DNA of 64,000 nt from Octopus sinensis. Lineage: Eukaryota. Location of the stretch: contig NC_043004.1 in NCBI RefSeq assembly GCF_006345805.1, forward strand, positions 55,056,001-55,120,000, written 5' to 3'. Of the stretch, positions 12,701 to 25,740 are shown piece by piece. A program made the position numbers and the translations under genes. The notes beneath the pieces were generated by a model. That model did not search any database. It worked only from the letters and a program-made list of their open reading frames with translations, and was not told the DNA's origin. Position 1 is the stretch's first letter. Each line of letters opens with the position of its first letter.

Positions 12701-13470
12701 CCTTGCTACTAGTCTTTGAAGTAGCCTGCAGAAGGTATCATAAAAGTTGTCCTTCTGATCATTTGGTAGTCCCGCTTGTGGGGCATAGGCGGAGATAATC
12801 ATAGCTGTGCCACTCTGTAGGACCAACCTGAGCTTAAGCACTCTATCGCAAACCCTGACGACCTCTATGACCTCATCCACCCATTTCTCCGCAAGGAGAA
12901 TGCCTACACCCCCTACACCTTCCACGTTACCTTGCCAGAAGAGTTTGTACCTAAGTGCCTTGCCCGTGAGGACCCTAGCCGAAGCAGCTCTCCATCTTAC
13001 CTCTTGTATGCAGCATACATCAACCTGTCTTCTCTCTAGCATCTCTACAATCTCACTAGACTTGCCTGTCAATGTACCAACATTGATAGTGCCAACTCTT
13101 AAAACTGGGAAGGAGATGTGGGGGGAGGGGAGGAATTCAGCGCCTGAGAAGAGGAGGGTTGTTGTGGTGGTGATAGTTTTCGTGGCATTTTTCTTTTGAT
13201 ATCTCTTCCGACCTGTCCACGCCGTGGACAGGAGCTGGTGTTAGCAGTGGACATTCGTTATCGTCACTGAGTAATGTAATTAGGTAACGTAGTAAGGAGG
13301 AAAAATACAGATATTCTAGAGTTGAGTTGGGGGGGGTCAGGCTGAGAAAGGTTTCACCAGTGAAAAGAGAGGGAAAGACAGTAGAGGGGGTGCGGTCAAT
13401 ATAGGGGAGCACCAGTGGGGAAGGTTGGGGTAAGGAGGAACGATGGCAGGAAGGGTTGGGTAGGTTCGTA
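9752..13470 (-). mobile_element. Full-length RTE-clade LINE (5' UTR, APE-RT ORF, 3' UTR, (GAT)n tail)
   Basis: Pyrimidine-rich 5' UTR, APE motifs (GTINVGTL, CCIQEVRW, SAYAPQ, GDFNGHVG), RT motifs (QFGFVPGRST, GVHQGSALSPLLF, YADD, YLG), C-terminal RGRGRPRKTW, then the 3' tail. Confidence 0.95.
9967..13188 (-). CDS. RTE APE-endonuclease/reverse transcriptase ORF, broken only by frameshifts
   Basis: Track ORFs 12686-13072, 11227-12654, 10446-11279 and 9967-10503 join into one ~1070-aa protein from a probable ATG at 13188 (MPRKLSPPQQ...). Breaks occur at ~13120, ~12735, ~12650, ~11270 and ~10510. Confidence 0.85.
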
Positions 13471-13733
13471 AGAAATAAAAACGTAGGATACTATATATAT
13501 ACATACATATATACATATAAAATATTATATATTATACATACATATAAATATAAATATATTATACATACAATCCTATATATGTAATATATATAACATATAT
13601 ACTATATACATATATATATACATATACACTATACATATATTATATACATATATCATACATATAAATATATACATATATACATACATATAAATATATACAT
13701 ATATACATACATATATATATAAATTATATATAC

Positions 13734-13770
<37 letters not shown>

Positions 13771-13785
13771 ATATATATACATATC

Positions 13786-13822
<37 letters not shown>

Positions 13823-14288
13823 ATACATACGTATATATATATACATATATATGTACATACCATATAATATATAGACATATATATATATAGACATATATAT
13901 ATATATTACATATATATACATACAATATATATATATATTACATATATATATATATATACATATATAATATATATATATACATAATATATACATATATATA
14001 TATACATATATATATATACATACATATATATATACATACATATATATAGACATATATATATACATATATATATATATATACGTACATTATATATATATAC
14101 ATATATATATACATAATATATATAACGGGAAGCTTTATAAATACGTACATATATATATATATACATATATATATACATACATATATATGTATATACATAT
14201 ATATACATACATATATATACATATATATACATACATATATATACATATATATATACATATATATGTATATACATATATATGTATATAC

Positions 14289-14325
<37 letters not shown>

Positions 14326-14356
14326 CATATATATGTATATACAAATATATATTTTC

Positions 14357-16450
14357 TTGATTGATTGATTGATTCTAGTTTCAGCTTATGAGCTGTGGCC
14401 ATGCTGGGGCACCGCCATTTGGTGTTGCTACTTGGTTTCACTTCATGGAGGCTTTCTAGCAACTGCTATTTGGTGCATGAGAGAGTTCGATGCAGCTGCC
14501 CTCATCTGCCCCTCCTGCCGTGAAGTTGGTTCATCTGGGACACCTGACAGGAAGAGATCCAGCTTCATTTTAAGACATCTGTATCCACCCCATGCAGGTC
14601 TCTCAGGTTCTTCAGGAGATATTGAAGAGCTGTGGGCCTCGGAAGCCCAGGCTATCACAGAATCTTGTCCTACATCTTGATGGCAGGTTTGGAGTCCTAG
14701 GCACCACGCAGTGGCGCCCAGTTCTGGCATTTGCGTAACTCTCGATGCCAAAGTTCAGGACACTTCCCTCCAGGATCTTCCAGATGTATATTATGGCATA
14801 TCTTTCCCGCCTACGCTCCAGGGAATATAATTTTAATCTCTTGAGTCTTTCCCAGTAGCTTACATTCTGCATAGAGGCTATCTTCTTTGTGTAGCTTTGT
14901 TGGATCGCCTCAAGTTCTGTGATCAACTTGACACTGGATGGTGACCATAGCTGAGAGCAATAGTCAAAGTGGCTTAGGACAAGTGTCTTCCAGAGGACCA
15001 TCATGGTTTCTTGTTCTCTTGTTCTAAAGGTTCTAAGAATCCATCCAGCCAGCCGTCTACATTTCATTGTCAGTTTAGCAACATGTACATGAAAGGTCGC
15101 GTCATCACTCATGTGAATACCCAGGTCACGCACTGATTGTGCCTCTGGAATTGCAATCCCTCCGGGTCCAGTGTATTCATTGGGTATTGCATTCAGTTTT
15201 GCATGCTGATAGTATAAAGCTTGAAACTTTCCAGCATTGAACTGCATGCTATTCTTTTCAGCCCACTTGTATTTTCGTCCAGCTCACATTGCAGGTGTTT
15301 AGTGTCCTCAGGGTTCTGTATTGCCTGTGAAACTTTTGTATCATCTGCATAACTTGTGATCGTGGCTCTCTGCGTGGCTGAGGGCATGTCTGAGAGGGCC
15401 ATTATGAACAGTAGTGGTCCCAGAACAGTGCCCTGCGGAACACCGCTCACTATTTGTGTGTTAATGGAGTGGCCCCATTGGCTACTACCACCTGACTTCT
15501 ATCCTTCAGAAAGTCATGAAGCCATTCTCCCAGTTTTCCAACTATGTTGAGATCACGCAGTTTGTGACATATCATTCCATGATCGACTTTATCAAGGCCT
15601 TTGCAAAGTCGAGATATATCACCCACATTTGAGTGGTTGAGCAGCCGTTTCAGCACCCAGTCATAGTGTTGTAGGAGCTGAGTTAAACAGCTTCTCCCTG
15701 GTCTGAAACCATGTTGGGTGTCGGGCAGCAAGTCATTCTCTTCAAGGAAGGTGATCAGCTTCCTTCTGACTATTCGTTCCATGACCTTGCTGATGTGTGA
15801 GGTCAGAGTGATAGGTCTATAGTTCTTGGCTTCCGCTCTGCTACCTCCTTTATGAATGGGGCATATTTTACCTTCCTTCAGTTTTCCTGGAAGTTTGCCA
15901 GCTGCAAGGAAGCTCTGAAAGAGGAACTGCAGTGTCTTGCTAGGACTCTCTTACATGCTTTTAGGAGGATTGCCGGGAATCCATCGGGGCCAGTAGCTGA
16001 GTCTGTTTTCATTTCATCTATAGCCTTGGTTACATCGTCTTCCTTTATATCGATGTAATCTATCGTCGCCGCCTCTGATTTTATATCTGCAGTGGTAAAA
16101 AAGTCAGTTGGATGGTGATTTGGAGATGCCCAAGGGGTGGAGTGAAAACACTCTTGAATTGCTCATTCAGTATTTCACTTACCCTCATTGGTTTTCCTGT
16201 AAGTGTGCCATCCTTTTCAAGGAGTGGCCCTATTCTACAGTGCACTGTAGCTGTTTCTTTGGCATACCTGTAGAAAGCTCTGGGGTTAGATTTTATGTTT
16301 TCTATAGCCCAGGCTTCTTGTCTACTCTTTCCTTTTCATGGGAGAGTTGCAGACATTTTTCGATTTCCAACAGTTTTATTTTTAGGCGGGACTTTTCACT
16401 GCTTTCAATCTGTTTGTTTAGGCGATTTGAAATTTCGTACGCCGTCTCAT
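14357..16450 (-). mobile_element. 5'-truncated CR1-like LINE (RT domain and C-terminus)
   Basis: Frameshifted ORFs read SATGPDG, NYRPITLTSHISKVMER, QHGFRPGRSCLTQLL, GVPQGTVLGPLLF, SYADD and LERRRERY. The 3' tail is (CAAT)n at ~14357-14372. Confidence 0.85.
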
Positions 16451-16484
16451 TAAAATTTCCTCTCTCTGGGGATTTTATATATAT

Positions 16485-16526
<42 letters not shown>

Positions 16527-16626
16527 NNNNNNNNNNNNNNNNNNNNNNNNNNNNNNNNNNNNNNNNNNNNNNNNNNNNNNNNNNNNNNNNNNNNNNNNNN
16601 NNNNNNNNNNNNNNNNNNNNNNNNNN
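16527..16626. other. Assembly gap (100 N) flanked by (TA)n
   Basis: Run of N in the sequence. Confidence 1.
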
Positions 16627-16657
<31 letters not shown>

Positions 16658-16963
16658 TATATATATATAATAATAATATAATATATGCGAAGAATTAGAT
16701 GTGAACATATTACAAAGATGCTCGACAGAAGGCAAAAGATACGTATTATATATAAGTGAAGAAAGATATACAGTAATTCTACTAAGATTATATATGCATT
16801 GGTCATACAGGTGTACATATAGATATGTGCATTAATTAAGGTATGGTAAAGATGGTAAAAAAAAATACGCAAAGATGAAAACAAGACACAAATCGGAGGT
16901 GGGTGGAATGGTCGGAAACAACACACACACATTCATACATAATGTGTCTGTGTGTGTACGTAC

Positions 16964-17007
<44 letters not shown>

Positions 17008-17103
17008 CATACATACACACATATATATAGTGTATATGTGTGTTTGTTTATAAATGTGTGCTCACGTACATATAAATGTATATGTGTGTATGTACATAGA
17101 TGA

Positions 17104-17149
<46 letters not shown>

Positions 17150-17253
17150 AGCATATATATATATTTGTATGTGTGTATGTATATATATATATATATATAT
17201 ATCTGTATGTGTGTATGTATATATATGTGTGTGGTATATATATATATGAATGA

Positions 17254-17291
<38 letters not shown>

Positions 17292-19255
17292 GTATGTGTG
17301 TATGTATGTGTATATATATGTGTGTGTGTGTATATATACAGATACACACATATGTATGTATATGTAAATATATATATGTATGTGTATTGTGAGAAGAAAG
17401 AAGACAGAACAACTTACCAGTGAAAGAAATATAAGGCTCCAGAGGGTGGAATGGAGAGGTGCTGTGGTGGTGGCGGAGATGGAAGCAGCAGCAGTAGTAG
17501 CAGCAGCAATCGGTTATAATACTACTACTACTATTATTATTAATAATAATACTAATAGAGGTCGTAGTCGCCGTTGTGATCGTTAGTGAAGACCACATCT
17601 GAAAGGGTTTGAGCCTGAGACGAGAGCTTTTGGAATATTAGTAAGTAAGAGAGTGATAGACAGAGTGAAAGAGACATTAGCCTTAATGCTAATAACAACA
17701 CTAACAATACACGCCGCACGGCTGGCAACGTAAATCGAAACAGTGTCGTGCTGCCACGAGAGAGATAGAAAGGAAGAGAAAAGGGGAATAGATAGATAGA
17801 TAGACAGTGTGAGGTGGAGGGAGAGAAGAACTGAGATATGTATAGAGAGGGATATAGAGAGAGAGAGAAAGAGAGATAGAGAGGAAGAGAAATGGGGATA
17901 GATAGACAGTGCGAGGTGAGGTGGAGGGAGAGAAAAACTGAGATATGTATAGAGAGAGGGATAGAGAGAGAAAGATAGATAGAGAGGGGGGGCAACCAAA
18001 CACACTGTATTCAGCTCTATCGACAATCTATTGATATACTCAACTCTCATCTCTCTGTCACTCTCTCTCTCACTCTTTCTCTCTCTTTCTCTCTATCTAT
18101 CTATCTATAATTGCGTGCACCTATATTAATATACGCGTGTGTGTATTTCTGAGCTTATATGTATGTACTTACGTATGTATAACTAATTTAATGAGCTTAC
18201 AACATTTTAAAAGTCTCCCTGAGTAACTTCAACCGATTAAAATAATAAAATACAAATACACACACACGCGAAACCAAGAATCCACCCAGTATAAGGCTGG
18301 TACTCTACTTATTGACCTCAGATAAATGGAGGGCAAAGTTGAGCTCGATGAGATTTGAACTCAAAGAGCAGAGAGCCGAAACGATTAAAACAAAGTAATC
18401 TATCCTATGCTGTAACGACCCTGTCAGTTGATTGATCTAACATATTTACTACCTACATATTTACTTACACACATATTTACCTACCTACCTACCTACAAGC
18501 ATGCATACAGACAGACAGACAGACAGAATCTATATTTTGGTCATCAATTTTAATCGGCAGAAAGTTTGAAAAGTAACTCTGCAGCTGAGAGTTTTGTTCA
18601 TGCATTTATCAAACTATCTCTCTATCTTTCTATATTTATGTGTGTGTGTGTGTGTTCACACACTATGATTGGGTTAACAAACGAAAGAAAGTAGCACTCA
18701 ATACATTAAGCTGGAGTTGTATTTGATAACAGGATAAAAGCTGACGACTCAACAATCCGTTATCTAAATTTTGTGTAGTGTATCCACAACCTCAGTAGAT
18801 GTATGTATGTATGTATGTATTATGTATGCATGTATGTATGTATGTATGTCATTATTCAGTTTATTTCAAGATTTCTTCCCAATAAAAAAAGAACTGGTTT
18901 CTAACCTAGATCCAAGGATCCTTCATTGGAATTTCAACATCAACAACAGAGTATTTTTGTATGTATGTATGTGTGTATGTATGTGTGTATGTATGTATGT
19001 ATGTATGTATGTATGTATGTATGTATGTATGTATGTATGTACGTATGTATGTATGTGCACATTTGTATGTTCTATGTATGTATTCTTATGCATATAGTTG
19101 CATATCTAGACATGCTCATATATATTTAAATGCTAAACTTCTGAAAAGTTTTACAGATTTTTACAGTTCTGGTGATAGATTGGACCTGTAGTTTTCAAAT
19201 TAGCTTTGTTCTTTCTGGTTTTGAGAAGCTTAATTCCTCAAGATGTATGTATGTA

Positions 19256-19725
19256 TGTCCTGGGAGGACAGAGTCTCCAACATTGAGGTGCTTCACAGAG
19301 CTGAAATGCCTGGGATCAAAGCCCTCATCCGGTGGGTCGGACATGCAGTCCGAATGGACGATGTGTGTCTACCAAAGATGATCTTCTTCTCTGAGCTGGC
19401 TTCTGGAGCAAGAAACCCTGGAAGGCCACTGAAGTGATACAAGGACAGCCTGAAGAATTCCCTTGAGGCCTGCGGCCTTTCAGCCCATGGCTGGGAATCG
19501 CTTACCTCTGACCATGGTGCCTGGCATCCAGCTGTCCAAAAGGGTGTTAGGCTGTTTGAGGAAAAGCACCTCAAGAGCATGGACCAGAAGCGACAAGCCC
19601 AAAAAGAGGATCCCCAACCCTACCTCTGCTGTTACATGCCCAACATGTGGCCGTGTCTGCCTGTCTGCCTTTGGGTTATGCTCCCTCCTCTGGCATCAGT
19701 GACATCATTGTCGAACCTCGACAGG
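19256..19725 (+). mobile_element. BovB-like RTE 3' fragment
   Basis: Reads WEDRVSNIEVL..RWVGHAVRMDD.CLPK.IFFSEL..G.R..GRP.K.YKD..K and a C-terminal CPTCGRVC C2H2-like finger. Confidence 0.8.
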
Positions 19726-19914
19726 CTTCCATTATGAATGTATGTATGTAAATAAGTATGTACGTATATGAGGGATGGTGACAGGAAGGACATTGAGGTA
19801 TTGAAAATCTACTTCAATAAAATACCATCTGACCCATCCAAGCATGAAAAAGTGGACAATACAGGATAATGATGATCATCCATCCATCCATTTATGTATG
19901 TATGTATGTATGTA

Positions 19915-20300
19915 TATAGGTGTAGGCATGGCTGTGTGGTAAGAAGCTTGTATCCCAACTACATGGTTGTGGGTTCAGTCCTTCTGCATGACACCTTGGG
20001 CAAGTATCTTCTACTATAGCCTTGTGAGTGAATTTTGTACATGGAAACTGAAAGAAGCTCACCCTCTGTGTGTGTGTATGTGTCTTTGTGTATGTGTTTG
20101 TCCTCCCCACCATTGCTTGACAACCAGTGTTGGTGTGTTTGCATCTTTGTAACTTAGCAGTTCGGCAAAAGAGATTAATAGAATAAGTATCAGGCTTTTA
20201 AAGAAAGTACTAAGGTTAATTCATTTGACTAAAATTCTTCAAGTCGGTTCCCTAGAATGGCTGCAATCTAATGACTGAAACAAGTAAAAGATAAAAGATA
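19915..20300 (+). mobile_element. SINE family A
   Basis: Head, core and tail similarity to the other copies. Confidence 0.8.
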
Positions 20301-20524
20301 TATGGATATATACATATGCATATATGTATGATTGTATTTATGTATTATGTATGTGCACAAGTACACATGCATACATACATACATGCATGCATACATACAT
20401 ACATACATACATACATACATACATACATACATACATACATACATACATACATACGATGAGTTGTAGTGCACCTGAGCACTGTACACAATTATTATTATTA
20501 TTATATTATATACATACATACATA

Positions 20525-20890
20525 TCACCTGCATCATAAGCAGGTGTCCAAAAATGTCATCACAGTATTATCTACTGAGGAGACATGATGTTGAAGCTAG
20601 GACACTCTATAATGAAATCTGGCGGAAGGTTAACCCCAAGGACAAAGAAATAAGAACTCATAGTATGGTAGAAGCCATAGTCATTCACAATAAAAAGGTT
20701 TACTGGTAGAATGTTCCATTGAAGATCTCGATAAAATGTAAGCAAAACAGACTGCCCAGCAGATGTTAACATAAAACTGAAGATCAGTGAAAAAGAGAAT
20801 ACCGATAGTGAACTATTGAGAAATCTGCAGTTATACTATCGAGATTACAAGTTCAGGTTTATAGCTGTAATTATTGGGGCCCTGGAACAT
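20525..20890 (+). mobile_element. RLE-type non-LTR retrotransposon fragment (endonuclease region)
   Basis: Frames read SRCPKMSSQYYLLRRHDV..ARTLYNEI, PADVNIKLKISEKEN..SELLRNLQL.Y.DYKF.FI.VIIGALG, typical of the region after CCHC and of the RLE 'VIIGALG' motif. Flanked by (CATA)n. Confidence 0.65.
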
Positions 20891-21124
20891 ACATACATAC
20901 ATACATATATACATCGTCAGTAGTTCATAGATCCATAAAAGAAGCACACTCTTAGAGCAGTAATATATTTTTCTAGGAAGTGAAAAGTTATGGCCAGTTA
21001 TAGAGTGACCATTGATTTCGCAAAGCCAAAAGTTACTATAACTGGCCCTAACTCTTAATTCCTCAAATATTTATATATATTTATATATTTGTATGTATGT
21101 ATGTATGTATGTATGTATATTTAT

Positions 21125-21660
21125 GTCAGGTCACTTTCAAGTGCTACTGGTAACATGTAACCCAGTACAACCTGTTGTAATGTCGGGTCGTCGGCGACTA
21201 AAGCGGCAACCGCACCAAGCTTGCTTGGACACCCTGCGGGATGAAAAACAAAACCCGTCAAAGGGCAGAGGAACTCTTGAGAGTCAACGGCCATCCAATA
21301 AATGTCTTAAGGCTGTATCATGCGCGGGGACATAGAAATAATTGGACTGAATACCTGATCACGCGGTTAAACCATTGGGAGTGAAGGACTCCTAGCCTTT
21401 GTTAGGGCATCCTTCTAAGAGAAGGTAACTCAGGTAACTGGGATTACTCCGACATAAAACCTGCAGCTCAGTGGTTACCAATGATGTTCACTTGTTCTTC
21501 TTTTTGGATTATGGCTGCTGTTGCTTAGTGAGTGGGATTGACTCTGTACTCAGCCTTTCCTCACTTAAAAAAAAAATCTTCTTGCACAGGCATTGCACAA
21601 TAACAACATTGATTAAGCTTTGTGCAATGGCCATACTCGATAGCGAGGGGGCAGCCACCA
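21125..21660 (+). mobile_element. Orphan GC-richer repeat resembling a LINE 5' UTR (RTE-like)
   Basis: No long ORF. Contains gggcatccttctaagagaaggtaactc and aaaacctgcagctcag, which resemble RTE 5' UTR motifs (from memory). Flanked by (TATG)n on both sides. Confidence 0.4.
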
Positions 21661-21706
21661 TGTATGTATGTATGTACGTATGTATGTATGTATGTATGTG
21701 TGTATG

Positions 21707-21743
<37 letters not shown>

Positions 21744-22253
21744 TCATGCATGCATGCACGGGGAGGTGTATGTATGTATGTATGCATGCATGCATGTATG
21801 CATGTATGTATGTATGTATGTGTGTATGCATGCATGTATGTATGTATGTATGTATGTATGTATGTATGTATGTATGTATGTATGTATGTATGTATGTATG
21901 TATGCTTCTATTCACTCATACATCCACACATACATGCACTGTTGAACACTTATTGCAATGTAGGTGGTTGTTCTGAAAGCATAGAAGGCAAAGTTTGAGT
22001 GGAAAAGGGTTGAAAGAAATTCAGGGAGCTATTACTTCTGTTGGCAACTAAGGGTTTCTTCCTAAATGTATAGTGCATATTCACAAAGGATGGGATGTTG
22101 AAGATCTGAAGAAAAAACTGTACATATAAGAGGAATCAAAAGCAAGTGTAGCAACCAAGAAAGGGGACAGTGCTGGTACGAGTATATGAGGCATATGGAG
22201 AATGAGAGAGGCACAGATAAATAACACATGCTCAAAGCAAATGGCTCCTGTGA

Positions 22254-22556
22254 GTGGAGGCACATGGCCCAGTGGTCAGAGCAGCGGACTCGCGATTGAG
22301 GGATCATGTGTTCGAATATTAGACCGGGCGATGTGTGTGTTTATGAGCGAAACACCTAAGCTCCACATGGCTCCGGGAGAAGGTAATGGCAAACTTTTGC
22401 TAACTCTTTTGCCACAACTTTCTCTCACTCTTTCATCCTGCATCTTGCTACTCACCTGTGACGGACCGGCATCCCGTCCAGGTGGGGAACCTATATGCCA
22501 AGATACCGGGAAACCGGCCCTTATGAGCCAGGTATGGCTCGAGAAGGAACAAACAA
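22254..22556 (+). mobile_element. tRNA-derived SINE with V-domain-like core and 16-bp TSD
   Basis: Head gtggaggcacatggcccagtggtcagagc..gttcgaat, core ctgtgacggaccggcatcccgtccagg. TSD caaatggctcctgtga at 22238-22253 and 22557-22572. Confidence 0.85.
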
Positions 22557-22779
22557 CAAATGGCTCCTGTGAAAGGAAGAGACAAAAAAAATGTGGGACT
22601 ATGTAGTGAAATATGACTTAATGATGGTGCATTTCATGAAGGAGTTGACAAAGGACCATGTTGATTGGTCATTTGGAAGAAAGATGAATTGAAAAATCAC
22701 AAGAATGGCAATAGTAATAAAGACTGACAGATTTAATACATACATATGTGCATATGAGTGAGTGAGTGTGCGTGTGTGT

Positions 22780-22825
<46 letters not shown>

Positions 22826-23869
22826 TGTGTGTGTGTATACATCACATGTATCTATGCATGTGTGTGTGAGTAGATATATTTACCACCAAGTCTGCTATCA
22901 CTGTCTCCCCCGCAACTTGATGCCCTCTCATCATTCCCCTATCACCTCTATCTCTATCACTTAACCTTTTATCGTTTTGTCATTGGTGTCTGTGTACCTT
23001 GACACCATCTCATCTCTCTCTATCACTCACTTTCTTATCATCATTATCTCTATCACTCAACTGGCTATCATTCATACCCATACCATTCATGCACCTATCA
23101 CTCCATTAGCCATGCCTCACATATTATAAAAAAGGTTTGTGAGTAAGCAGTCATATGAGGTCAACAGATTTCTTAAATCATGTAATAGACAAGGCTACCT
23201 CATTAGTGTTGGTGCTATGAAAAAAAGAAATGCACCCAGTATACTCTGTAAAGTGTGACAGGAGCCATAAGTTTTGATTAGGACATGATACATCCCAAGA
23301 GCTCGTACCATGAAAATATATATGCAATACACTCTGAAGAATATTTTGTGTTAGGAAGAGCATCTATCCATAGAAACCAAACCAAAATGTAGCTCATAAG
23401 ATATATCATTGTCATCATTTAATGTCTAGCTTCCACACTGTCATCAATTTTATGGTTTGATAGATTCTGATGGCTCAGTGGACTGCACAATGCTTCAGGG
23501 CCTACTTCTGTAAGATTGTTTTCGCCAGATGCCCTTCCTAATGCCACCTACTTTACAGAGGGGACCAAGTATATTTTTCAAGACATCAGCAGTAGTGAAA
23601 ACTACCTTGTAACTTGCATGGCTAAGGGCCTAAAATAGAGAGAAAAAAAGGAGAGAAAGTACAAGGGGATGAGTGGAAAAGAGTAAAGAGTTGTACGGTA
23701 GGCACTAACTGGGGACAGAAGAACAACAGGGAACATGGAAAAGTGAAGGGGTTAGGGTTAGGGTTTACTGAGAAAAGTGGTAGGGGAAAAGTCAGAGGGG
23801 ATAGGAATCATGTGTGTGTGTGTGTGTGTGGTACTCTAGGGCTAGTTAACATTAGAAGGATTAGTGCAT

Positions 23870-23902
<33 letters not shown>

Positions 23903-24410
23903 CACACACACACATAATGTTAAATGCATAAGTCATTAAAGTGGTGACAAGATAGTCTTGTGATAAATAAAGTACCAATCCTGAAATAGGGTTGTTTCTT
24001 CTCTTCTCTCTGTCTTTTACTCTGTCTATCTGTCTCTTCTGGAAGAATTCAGCTGTGTTCAGACCTTGAGAGTGATGGACTCTGCTAAGTCTATAAATTC
24101 CCAAAACAAACCTATTATGATAGCCACCACATGATTCTTGAAGTCATGTGTGTGGTATCATGACATTCAAAGCAAGGTAACATGTGTGTGTGTGTGTGTA
24201 TCTCTCTCTCTCTATCTCTCCCTCTCTTCCCCGTCTCACTCAGGCAGTCATCATATTTCATTCCATAACAGCTACCTCTGATGAGCACAAGGTTACATAA
24301 TCGGACTGTTACCTAACACTCGTTGAACTCCTAGTGCAAAACCAATTGGTAAGATGAGCCCTAATGGATATATAATACTGTACACTTCAATTAATATATA
24401 TATATATATC

Positions 24411-24456
<46 letters not shown>

Positions 24457-24639
24457 CAGACATCAGACAGACAGACAAATAGACAGATAGAGAGAGAGAG
24501 AGAGAGATAGATAGGTAGATAGATAGATAGATAGATAGATAGATATGTGTGCATGTGTGTGTATGTATACACACACACACACTCACATACACAAACACAC
24601 AGATATACATATACAATTATATACAACTATATGGTAATA

Positions 24640-24830
24640 ATCTTTTCTACTATAGGCATAAGGCCTGAAATTTTGGGGAAGGTATAAGTTGATTACATTA
24701 GCCCCAGTACTTGACTAGTACTTATTTTCTTATTTTATCAACCCAAAAGATTGAAAGGCAACGTCAACCTTGGCGGAATTTGAACTCAGAATGTAAAGAC
24801 AGACAAAATGCCACTTAGCAATGCAACTTA
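24640..24830 (-). mobile_element. SINE family B
   Basis: Meta-like core. Further copies at ~7660-7790(+), ~18290-18430(-), ~28480-28695(-), ~30100-30222(-, partial), ~53660-53875(-), ~56895-57110(+), ~57905-58125(+) and ~62950-63180(+). Confidence 0.75.
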
Positions 24831-24834
24831 TCAT

Positions 24835-24865
<31 letters not shown>

Positions 24866-25004
24866 GACAGACAGACAGACGGACGGACGGACGGACGGAC
24901 GGACGGACGGACGGACGGACGGACGGACGGACGGACGGACGGACGGACAGATGGACAGACAGACAGACAGACAGACAGACAGATAGATAGATAGATAGAT
25001 AGAG

Positions 25005-25740
25005 ACGTGAGATGTGACTCTTGAATGCAGACATTATGTGTACACTTGAGAAGAAAGCTAGTATGCTCCGATGGACGTGCAACATCAGTGTTCTTGTATA
25101 ACAAAAGTACAAATGTTCTGCAAGAAAAGTTGGGCTTAGGAAGAATCAGCTGTTGCATGCAAGACAGAAGACTAAGTGAGTTTGGATATGGGTATATATG
25201 AATGAAGACTGTTGTATAAACAAGTGCCAATCACTTAAAGTGGATGGCACCAATGGAAAAGGAAGATCCAGGAAGACATAGGATGAAGTAGCGAGGGTTG
25301 ATCTCAAGATGTTGGGCCTCATTGAGGAGATGACAATGGAGCAAGATGTCAAGCATTATGAGGTTCTTGAGATGACCTGCCCACCTCAATGAAACTGAGT
25401 TCTGGAAGTGTTGTATGTTCCACCTGCATCATCATCATCATCATCATCATCATTTAGCGTCCGCTTTCCATACTAGCATGGGTTGGACGGTTCAACTGGG
25501 ATCTGGGAAGCCAGAAGGCTGCATCAGGCCCAGTCTGATCTGACAGTGTTTCTACAGCTGGATGCCCTTCCTAATGCCAACCACTCCATGAGTGTAGTGG
25601 GTCCTTTTTACGTGCCACCGGCACGGAGGCCAGTCGGGGCAGCGCTGGCAACGGCCATGATCGGATGGTTCGCTTACTTGTCACCGGCACTGGTATCACA
25701 GCTGCAATTTCCATTGATGTTGATCGACTTCAATTTTGGT
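25005..25740. mobile_element. Decayed RTE C-terminal fragment (+) followed by an RTE tail copy (-)
   Basis: GRSRKT.DEV-type remnant at 25250-25330; (CAT)n plus ggatgcccttcctaatgccaacc tail at 25425-25740. Confidence 0.7.

Noticed and set aside
13490-14350. Long ORFs rich in Y/I/M/C/V/H/T (also 9109-9893, 16836-17598, 47370-49500, 50116-53475)
   Set aside because: They are translations of (TA)/(CA)/(TACA) microsatellites, which lack stop codons in some frames; not proteins.
23748-23766. GGGGTTAGGGTTAGGG as an interstitial telomere or G-quadruplex
   Set aside because: Only 2-3 units in a purine-rich tract; compatible with chance.
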